In this document: positions 53,996-64,000 of the stretch, in pieces
Numbering within the stretch: the stretch's first letter is position 1
Layout of the letters: each line of letters starts with the position of its first letter
Origin: Epiperipatus broadwayi
Taxonomy: Eukaryota; Animalia; Onychophora
Direction: 5' to 3'
Assembly (NCBI GenBank): GCA_028023455.1
Contig: JAQFVV010000002.1
Location: forward strand, 11,036,001 to 11,100,000
DNA: 64,000 nucleotides
Position numbers and translations under genes: made by a program
Notes under the pieces: model-generated
The model's database searches: none
Seen by the model: only the letters and a program-made list of their open reading frames with translations
What the model was told of the DNA's origin: nothing

Positions 53996-55375
53996 AAAGT
54001 CATCATCATGGCATATTATTAATGGAAAGAAAATCAAATCTAACTTTCTAGCTAGGATTCCTATATATAAATCCCAATCTGCCATGTCAAAACGTATACA
54101 GAATACCATCATTGACTCAACAAATCATCTTACACAGACCCTCTCAAAAGAATATTTATCCCTCCAAGGCAAGGTGGCCTTACTAAACATGAAAATAATG
54201 TCTAAAATAGTCTACTACCTTCCCATCATATCCATATCAAAGACCTTCATTAATAAAATCAATAGGATATGTGCGGGTCTCTTCTGGAAGTGCCACATAA
54301 CCTCCATTAGCATTTCAAGAATGCAATACCACAGAAAACTCAATGGAATGTCTCTATATTTCATTCAAGCCATTAACTATCAAAAAGGCCACACACTAAT
54401 CTTCAATCTTATTCAAAAATTTGGCAAACCCCTAATATTAAGAGAGGTAATACCTACAGACACTCCCCCTCCTATCAAGGCTGGTTGGCTAGACCAACTA
54501 ATTTCCCTACTAAAACAACATAACAGCACCACTCCTGACATATTCAAAACCAAAATTAACATATGGGATGCATACAATTTAATAAGCCCTAAACCACCTC
54601 AAATTAAACCAAGTCTTGGCTATTCCAATTACAAAATCATCACCTTATTCAAATTCTGGACATTGGAACCCAAATTCCTCGACTATCTAATAAAGGTGAA
54701 CCTAAATGCAAGGCATACCAATTGGTTCCTTCATTACAAAAGAGGTATATACAACCCCATTTGTTCAAACTGCTTAATGCATGAAGAAACATTTGAACAC
54801 ATTATGCTTTCTTGCATGGGATTGGGAAGGATTAAACTCATAATATCTCAAAATAGTATTATTGATTACTATAAAATTCTATCAATCAAAGAGTGTATTA
54901 AGGAAAGGGACTTCCCCACCATTAGGATGGCAATTTTTGTTACATATGCTATCTGGGTGACAAGATGTAAATTAAAGTTTAGCATTCCCCAGCAAGAAGC
55001 AAACTCTTTCTTCCTGGCAACCCTTTCAAAACTACAAAAGAAAGACAGAATTCTCTCCTCAAAGTTTCTACATGAACATACATGGAAACTGTTCAAAATA
55101 CCCTACCTACAAAATGACTCCAATCCTAATGATTGATAAACTATATAACAGGTAAAAGAAACACTCAAATATCTGATTAATGTATGGACATAAAAAAATG
55201 TCCTAAACACACACTAATTTTTCTCTGACCTATGATCTGACTAAACAAACAAATCGGATCTCGTCTCATTCTACACAAACTCTTGGAGAACTTATAACAA
55301 TATAAACATTTATAACTATCATTGAAAACTTTTGTATATACCTATTATCAATAAATCTAAATTTTCAAATAATAA
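53996..55375 (+). mobile_element. 5'-truncated Tx1/L1-like non-LTR retrotransposon with open ORF2 C-terminus
   Basis: ORF 54084-55136 has LSLQGKVALLN..SKIVY and the CSNC....ETFEHIMLSC zinc finger. It has a 3' UTR, an A-rich end and a direct repeat aaaaatatata (53985-95, 55376-86), and is absent from the 3' LTR. Confidence 0.85.
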
Positions 55376-55728
55376 AAAAATATATATACTGTTAACAAAT
55401 AAATAATTATGAGTTTTTGATCCATTCATTAATAACAACGTTAGAAATCCAAAAATAACTTTTTTAATACAAGTAAAATTCTTCAGTTCAGGATGTATCT
55501 CAAATAATTGAAATAAGTATCTTGTCAGCAAGTTCACGCTATCAGAAAAGTAATTGGACAATCAATTGATAGAAACCAAGTGAGAAAATGAAATGAACAT
55601 TTGCCATTGTACTGAAATTTCTGGTGTGCAGATGGACATTTAACTTTGGTGCTGGATGAGCTTTCAGTCTGGAGAGATTTACCTCCAAATGTGCCAAAGC
55701 AAGTCTAAGCACTATATTCCTTCAGGTT

Positions 55729-56307
55729 AAACCACTAAACATCACATTATCATCATTTTTTATGCTTGCACATAACTGTCATTAAAACAGGCAAAACTCT
55801 CCATACAGTAGTAACACTCAGTGCCAGCCAGAGTAATCAATGGATGCCAGAAAGCTTGTGCATAAAATCCCCATTTAGTGCCTACTTATCCAATATCCCC
55901 AGACTAGTTTTTGGCTTGGGGCTTTCATCAGTGAGGAACCTTGGATCTGAGAGCACTGCACTTAGATCTTAGAATCTTAGATTGAAAATATTATTGTGTT
56001 TTCAATTTTATTTTCATAGTTTTATAGTTAAGTAGAGATAAAATGTGGCTGCTGGAGGGTTGCATTAGATCCTAAGATTTATGTGCAATGCTATCATATC
56101 CAAGGTTGCATTAGATCCTAAGATCTAGGTGCAGTGCTATCAGATCCAAGGCTCCTCACTAATGAAGGCCACAAGCCAGAAACTAGTTTGGGAATATTGG
56201 ATGAGTAAGCACTAGATGGGGATTTTATGCAAAGGCCTTCTGTCATCCATTCATTACTCTACCTGGCACTGAGTGGCACAACTGTATGGAGAGTTTTGCC
56301 TGTTATA
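55729..56307. mobile_element. Family-1 inverted dimer (longest copy) with ~57-nt left tail and 13-bp TSD
   Basis: attccttcaggtt at 55716-28 and 56308-20. Hammerhead-like motifs at 55896-55937 (minus, G12>A) and 56153-56194 (plus, G5>A). A 46-bp tandem duplication lies at 56058-56149. Confidence 0.9.
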
Positions 56308-59300
56308 ATTCCTTCAGGTTCATGTATATATTATAAAATTTATATATGATAATAATGTAAAACTTCTTACATAGAGATATTAAATACTAAATTTAACTGT
56401 ATTAGTTGTGGTTTTTATCATGGATAAATTTAAATCTCATGCAGTCTGAAGAGCAAAAGCTATGTTTCCAGACATAGAAATTTGTGCAATTCTGATATGA
56501 ATATTGAATCAATTAGTGTTTTAATACTTAGATTTATGTGTATTGAACAACCAGTTAAAATGCAATCATCAATTAGAGAGTTTAACATCAGTGAGGCAAG
56601 AAGTTGGCCCTTGGTATGTCCAACATGTGGAAAAATATATTTTAGCAGAGTTGAGATTAAAAGAGCAACATTATTATGTTTTGTTGGTAAAGGAGTTATA
56701 GAGATAGCAAACAGACTCTCAGAACCTGACACCTAAACATTTTTTATATGATCAAATTAATGATTGATTATTAAATTATTTTTAATCTTTATCTCTCTAG
56801 GAATGTCACCAGACTTCATTTCCATGACTGTTATCAGGGTAGGGATGAAAAAGTAAAAGATAATGATATTGCTCTTCGTAACCTGACAAAAAATTGTGTC
56901 TATGAATCTTTCTTCAAAGATGTCCTTTTAGAAGAATTTCTGAGGGGTTTGATTAGTGATAGTTTAAGTAAAAAATTATTGACTGGTAGTGATTTAAATT
57001 GTAATGAAGCTATAAAATGTTGGATAGCTTATGAACTAGTTTTCAAGCAATCTTGTAAGCTTGCTGAGTTTTAGTAAAATAATAATGCACAAACTGACAT
57101 TTGCAAAATGCATAAACTGATTAAAAAAGAATCTACTAACATCAAAACAATAATTCAAACAGTAAAACTCTATTTATTTGTTTTTGTTGTGGAAAAAATG
57201 GCCACAAGGCAAGAATCTTTTTTCATAAAGAAGAATGTTACAAAATTTGTAAAAGAACAAAAAAAGGTTGCATCGAAATAATGCATAACAATAAAAATAA
57301 TGAACCTGGTAAATGGTACATTCAATAGATAGAGAAATTAATTTGCCAATATAAAAAATACATTGACCACTGAAAGTGACAAAATAATGCTAAAATTAAA
57401 TTGTGTGACCAGCCCGTATCTATAGAGGTTGATAGTAGTAGCAGGGTATTTTTCATCTCAGGCTGGGAATGAGTTTTCTGAAATCTCAGGCTGGGAATGA
57501 GTTTTCTGAAACTTAAAATTCCAACAATAAACAGATTTAAAAGCCTTGGATGTAAATAAAATTCTATCAAGATTAAAGGTGTGTTTAAAGACCTTGTGAG
57601 TAGAAAAGAGGGAAAAGCAATTGAATTACCTTTATATTTAGTTTATGCTCCTATTAAACTATTTATAGGGTGGGGCTTCCTAGGTTGTTTAATGGGGAAC
57701 TTGGTACTATTAAAACAATCCATGTTTTGTTAGAGATAATCCCTGAGATAATACCAATTATTTGCAAACTGCATCAGGTTCCATTGCTCAGAATGAAAAT
57801 ATAAAGAAGAAAATTAATGAATTAGTTAAGAGAGACATTTTAGAACCCATAGAAAAACTGATTGGGCTATGCCATTACTAATTATTACTAAACCCAACAA
57901 TCAAATTCATTCGTGCAGAGACTATTGAGTAACAGTAAACAAAGCTATTAGAAAAAAATCATACACTATTCCCATCACTAGTGAATTAATAGTGTCTCTG
58001 CAGAAATAAAATGTTTTCACAAAATGAAATTTAAATGCTGCTTTTCACCAGATGCCAGTCACTGAGAAATCTGCTGAAATGTTAACATTAATCACATGCA
58101 TTGGGTTATTTAAATGCAACAGATTTCCATTTGGGATAACTTGTGCTCCCCAGCATCTTTCAGTCAAAAATTGAAAACCTCTTCAATGAAGTTGAGAGTA
58201 TCATTCCATTTTTTCATGACATTCTTCTTACTGTTACTACAGAAAATGAATTTTAAAATTCATCTACATAAAGTAAGCAAAAAATTCAAATTCAGTGCAA
58301 AGCTTAATATCCAAAAGTGTATTTAGAATCTAGTGAAATAGGCTAAAGCTCTAACATAAGTCCTGAGACCTAATAATGTTAAACAATTACAAGCTTTTCT
58401 AAGACTGTTAAACTATTTTTAATTTTTTTTGGAAGGGAAAGCTCATGTTGCCAAACCCTTAAATGATCTTAAAAAGAACCAGAAATAGAAATGAGAAGCT
58501 GATTAAGAGAAAGCATTTTTGCATGCAAACTTGCTATTAACTTCAAACAAACTACTAGTGCAATATAGTAGCATTGAAAGTTACTCTTACCACTGACACA
58601 TCTGAATTCAAAGTTTGAACAATGCTATGTCATCCTGCATAGGCAGGTGAATGACCCATTACCTATGCCTCATGAACCTTGTCCAAAGCAGAGAAAAATT
58701 AACAAGTTCCCAAACACTTTAGTTCTCACATGATAAGATGGCTCAACATTCTGACAGGGTATGATTAAACTCTAGAATATAAGAAGGGGGAGAAAATAGG
58801 GCATGCTAACACTCTATTTATATGCCTGATCAGTCAAAAGACCGATAAAAGGGAAACAGAAATTAATTATATTAATATGCTAAAGAGTCAAATTGTCAAT
58901 AGCAGAATAGTAACTGCATAGACAGAAAAAGATGACAGCTACCAATGGAGTACAAATCAAATAACTATAGGTTGGCCTAAGGCAATGTCCAAATTTTCTA
59001 CATAAAGAACAATAAGATGCTCATGAGTGTTCACCTGCAAAGACTGCATTCTGAGGGGCAATCATGTACTATTTCCAGTTAAGGGGAGAAATCAAATTCT
59101 CAAGTTATTGCAAAGATTTTAGACCATAGTTATGTCTGGTGGCAGAACACTGACATTGGAAAAATATATTTAAAAAAATGCGGTGTCACTCATGCGCTAA
59201 AGCACCTCCATCAAAGTTTGAAGCATGGCCAAAAGCTGAGAGGCCATGGCAGCATTCTACATCAATCACTGTCACCCAATTGAGGGGCATTTATTCTTAA

Positions 59301-60204
59301 TAGTTGGGGATGCATATTCAGAGTGGTCTAAAAACAAATTATTTAACAATCACTGTCACCCAATCAAGGGGCATTTATTTTTAATAGTCATGGATGCATA
59401 CTCAGAGTGGTCTAAAAACAAATTATTTAAAAATACTAGTTTGTATGAAACACATGATACATTTTTTTTTTCATACCATGGTCTCCCTGAAATGGAACTG
59501 GCTTTACATCAGAGAAATTCAAGGTTATGCATGAATGGGGAATAAAACATTTACTCACATCCCCTTATTGCCATTAATGTAACAGATTGACTGAAAAAGC
59601 TAAGCAAAATTTTAAGTCATCCATTAAAAAAATAGGGAAGCAAGATCAGCATTCAACTCCTACTGCTAAATCTCATAAGTCACCTGCTGAAAAAATCTAG
59701 GTCAAAAGGTGTAGACTAAATTATCAAACATTGTACTTGAGAGAGGATAATAATGAACTGACTGAGAACACTTATAATTTTACACCTGGTGAAAGAATGT
59801 GGCTTAAAAATAACCTAAATAAATTCTGATCACAAGCTGTAGTTATACATCACCTATCAAAATAAGTGGTGACTATTTGTATGAATGATGGAAAAAAATA
59901 TTACACAAACATGTCAATCAACTGTATAAAGATGAAAGCATAAATATAATACCTGAATTATTCAAGAGAATGAATACCAACAAGATAGTACTAAATGAAG
60001 ATACTGAATTATTCAAGAGAATGAATACCAACAAGATAGTACTAAATGAAGATATTAAACTGGAAACAGAGTTTTAACCACTGTGACAATTAACTATATG
60101 TACCAGAGGGTAATATAACAAGCGAAGTTGTGATAAATCTACCTCAAGATGTAAAAAGAGAAAGGATTTGAATTATCTCCTTGACTTCATTTTTGGGCGA
60201 AGGG

Positions 60205-61220
60205 TGTTATTTATGTATGTTTAAACACACATAAAATGGTTAATTGTAATATCTTTATATAAAATACATACACAGTAATTTAAAATTTTAACTTCTTAAG
60301 AATAGTGAACTTAAATAAATTCTAATGGTATTCATGATTAGAAAAGATTAATTTCTTAGATAAAAAGAGCAATTATAATAAATTGTGACAACTTACTTTC
60401 CTTTATGTTATAGACTGTAACTGAAATAACATTATGATCTGAAATAATGAGAACATTAAAGTTAAAGGCAATAAATGGGTGAACACTAAAAGAAAATAAG
60501 AATGATTAAATTTTGCTTTTAAAAGACATAGATATGTATATCCTACATTTGAATTTATAACTGTTAATTACTTTAACAAGATCTTATGTAATTGGGTTAT
60601 GTTTTAATAAAGTTCCAGTGAAACTAAAAGGAGCAATTAATTAAAATCTCTGGAGATAAGCAATGAAATTCTTTCAGTAAAAATATATACAATTAATAAA
60701 TAAATGATTGTGAGTTCCTGATCCATTAATTGACAACAACAAATCCAAAAATAACTTTTAAACAGAAGTAAAATTTTTTGATCTAGGATGTATCTCAAAT
60801 AAATGAAATAATTACCTTATCAGCTGGATTTGAAAGAAGAGCCATTCAGAACAGAAATTGGACAATCAATTGATAGAAGCCATGTGAGAAAAAGAAATGA
60901 ACATTCGCTGTTAGAGATTTTGGTGTGCAGATGGACATTTAACCTCAGTGCTGGATATCCAGTGTGGAGAGAATTGTCTCCTAATGTGCCAAAGCAAGTC
61001 TAGGGACTTAACAGATCATATACATTTTCATTATTATTTCTGTATACATTTGAGTTTATATATAAACTGTAAATTTTATATATGTTAATTAATAATATAA
61101 ACCTCTTATATAGAGATATTAAATACTAAATTTTAACTGTATTTGTTGTGATTTTTGCCAGGGGATAAATTTAGATCTCATGCAATCTGAAGAGCAAAAG
61201 CAACACTTCCAGATATAGAA
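60205..61220 (+). repeat. 3' LTR
   Basis: TGTTAT follows the PPT. Homologous to the 5' LTR, with an extra ~250 bp at 60376-60626. Confidence 0.85.
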
Positions 61221-62299
61221 TATTCATAATAATTTTTTAAATTAGTTTGAATTCAAAAAGTCATTTTTTAAATAGAATATTTTCTAAGTGTAGGCAATGA
61301 AAATATATTCACAAAATTAGAATAATCATGGCCAGATGATCACATTATAAATTGTAAAGTACTACATCATTTAGCAAATAACTTTCTGTATCAAAAATTG
61401 CTATTTAATTTATTTTTCTTATTGACTACCACCACAATATAATTGTTCATATGTGACTGACTATTTTTTAAATCACAGACAGTTTAAGTCTTTAAATTCA
61501 CAGCTGCAAATTAAATTTCTATTGCTTATCGCTTTCTTGCCTTTTTTCTCCAACAAATTTTTTTTAAGTACTTGAATTTAAGCTGGTTATTCTTTTAAGA
61601 AAAACTTCATACCACATGATAAATATCTCTTAAACTACTCAAATATAATTAACATTTTTTAAAGTCATTATTTAATCTCTTTTTGTTTCAATTAAGTTTT
61701 TTTAAAAAAATATGATAAATTCTTTACTTAAAATATTTTTTTAATTAAAAATAAGTCTCTTATCTTAAAGCCCTAGTTAAATAGAATATCTTTAATACTT
61801 GTTATGTGATTGTTTTACAAATACAAATCATATTTCTTCTTATTTTACATTTCCAAAATTTTTGTATGAAAAACAATAGAGTATAAATAAAATTTTTATT
61901 ATCTAAATAATTTAATTAATTTTTATTACTAATTATATACACATGCAAAAAAATTTGCTTTTGTTTGTGAGATGGAAAAAACTATTATTAGAAATTGACC
62001 AAATTTTAATTTTTTTTATTAAATATCTTTTTAAAACTAAATATTGATTCATTTATGCATTTATGTACACAGACTCGTGGAGAATCACACATTTGGATTG
62101 TGTTAGAACATACTTACATTATTCTTTTTATGAAATAGATTCTAAATAGTTCTAAATCTATTGATGAGCTTCCAGTAATATCCAGAAAAATTAAGTTTAT
62201 CTGGCTTTATTGATGGATCTGAAAAAATAATATTTTTAGAACTTTATAGAAGTCCATTTACTTTTTTTTTGAACATATCTTGGATTAATAGTAAATCTG

Positions 62300-63600
62300 A
62301 TTTATGTATCAGTTTTTATACATTTTCTGTGATGCTAATTTTTTTCTGATGTTTGATAGAGGAGCAAATGAAATAACAAGAAAACACTGCAAAAGAATCA
62401 GAAATATTTGTTAGGACAACATCTTATTGAGAATCTAGGTTATTGTGGACATTTTTTTCCAAAACAGAGATACAACATTTATCAGTAGAATATGCTATTG
62501 CTAAAGAAGCTATCTGTAAAGAATTTGTATCACAAGATTTTCAAGGATCCAATAATGATAAAAATAATTTTAAAAAGATTTTCTACATGTAAACTTTTAG
62601 ATTGATAAAAATGGTTTTAATTCACTCAAGTATACACTCTTATGATTGTCATAAGAATATATGCATAATTTTGAGGCTGATGGAAATTCACATTGTATAA
62701 AACATGAGAAATTTATAAGGATATTAAAAATCAATTTTTAAATTTTCTAGACAGAAAAGGAATGTAAGTAGTAGTGAATTGTATGATGAAGTGAATTTAA
62801 ATGAAATATATTAATTATTTTTTAAAAGCTAAAGAAAACATAATGCAAGCAGAAAGTTGTAAAACAGAACCCAGTCTAGGTTAATAATAAAATAATTACT
62901 GAGAGAAAAAAATATAAATACTAAAGACTATAGATGAATATGTATAAAGATTAATGGGAAATTGAGATTAGTGACTGATAAAACTTAAAAAATAGTTATT
63001 AAAAAGAGATTGTAGAGAAATGAAAAATTACATAAAAAAGTCAATTTGATTTTGTATATAGTAGAATAAAACAGTTTAGATGTGAAAGAAGGATTAAGAG
63101 AAATAAGGCAGTTATTGAAATGAAAAGTCATATTTCATATGATTTTATAAAATATGCCATTTTTCTATTATTTATTATGAATTCTGAAATCTTATCATCT
63201 TGACAATTTATTTGATAATGCTATTTTGGTAAATAACTTGAGAATTAAGAAATTTGTGAGACAAAAGCTGATTATAACATTGATATAAATAAAAATATTT
63301 AATAAGAATTTTGCATTTCCTGTTTTGATTAATATTTATTTAAATAAATCTGCTTGGTTTATATATATAAAACAGTATGAATGTAAAATTTTAAATAGCA
63401 TTGTTTGAAATTATAGAATGTTTAAAAAATAATAAATGCAATTTAATCATTTGAAGGTAAATGAAAAGAATAAAAAGTTAGGAGTAATAGCAAAAAATGT
63501 AAAGATTATTATTTTTTAAATATTTAGTGTACCCTTGGAATATTCTTCACCAATTTTAGTCAAAGTATGCCCTATAAAAAAATCTACACCAGAGCCCTAA
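62300..63600 (+). mobile_element. Possible heavily decayed piggyBac-like transposase
   Basis: Ordered degenerate motifs EKFIRILK (~62710), TIDE..INGKL (~62930), ICETKADY (~63255) and YSSP (63541). Spacing is longer than expected. Confidence 0.25.
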
Positions 63601-64000
63601 TTAGTGAAATATCTCATAGACATCTCTCAAATTTTCACATTATTTCATCTCCACCTTCTTAGGTAGTAAGAATATTATGTAGATAGTCATAAACATAAAA
63701 ATAGAAATAATAATGACCCAATGTAATTGATATCTTTATAAATGAAAACACACTATCTGTTTAATAATATTACTCCCAGATATCATTCAAATTTTAGGAG
63801 AAATAAAATTGTTATAATAAAAGTTAAAACAACATTTCAAATTTAAAGTAAAAGCCATAACATACATTTCTCACATAAAATATTTATTTCATATATTCAC
63901 TTGATCAGAAAATTAATAAATAGATATTATACATATATGTGTATAAATGTGATCGCATATATATGTGTACTGTATTTATAAATAAATCTTTAAATGAGTT

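Larger units (their letters stand above)
53726..56479 (+). repeat. 5' LTR, interrupted by two younger insertions
   Basis: Starts TGTTAT. Segments 53726-53995, 55376-55728 and 56308-56479 are collinear with 60205-61220. Confidence 0.85.
53726..61220 (+). mobile_element. Decayed Ty3/Gypsy (Mag-like) LTR retrotransposon with both LTRs
   Basis: TSD tattc at 53721-25 and 61221-25; PPT gggcgaaggg at 60195-204. Internal order is gag (IREFNISEARSW.., CCGKNGH knuckle), PR (IEVDSS), RT (DY*VTVNK, FPFGI), RH (YAS*TLSKAEKN), INT (RPWQH..LFLIV.DAYSEW). Many stops. Confidence 0.88.

Noticed and set aside
7751-56307. Calling family 1 a classical MITE, or the repeats a CRISPR array
   Set aside because: TSD lengths vary (about 9, 10, 13), tails are one-sided and junctions differ. 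There are no regularly spaced direct repeats with unique spacers, and the DNA is eukaryotic.
56440-56475. CUGAAGA-GC-aaaa-GC near the end of both LTRs
   Set aside because: Lacks GAAA and UH in both copies; treated as ordinary LTR sequence.
1-64000. Most short ORFs in the supplied track as genes
   Set aside because: They are low-complexity F/I/L/K-rich translations of AT-rich intron or antisense frames of TEs; only the WD40 exons and TE-derived frames show recognisable motifs.

Overview
Very AT-rich eukaryotic (probably invertebrate) genomic DNA, not prokaryotic. It lies inside one large + strand gene for a WD40-repeat protein (NWD/qui-1-like by motif style): three phase-compatible GT-AG coding exons (11385-11578, 25612-25774, 51373-51568) separated by introns of ~14 kb and ~25.6 kb. 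The rest is intron filled with transposon debris: at least seven RTE-clade LINE copies of one family (one nearly intact), a decayed Mag-type Ty3/Gypsy element with both LTRs and a 5-bp TSD, a Tx1/L1-like fragment with an open ORF nested in its LTR, a Penelope-like (RT thumb + GIY-YIG) remnant, hAT derivatives and short SINE-like pieces. The most striking signal is a repeated architecture shared by several sequence-unrelated short elements: direct target-site duplication, a one-sided 3' tail, and two inverted copies joined at their 5' ends with 3' ends facing outward. Most of these carry a minimal type I hammerhead-ribozyme-like motif in each arm, and two also carry tRNA-like Pol III boxes. They look like non-autonomous Penelope-mobilised or retrozyme-like elements. 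All calls are by eye; no searches or folding were run.
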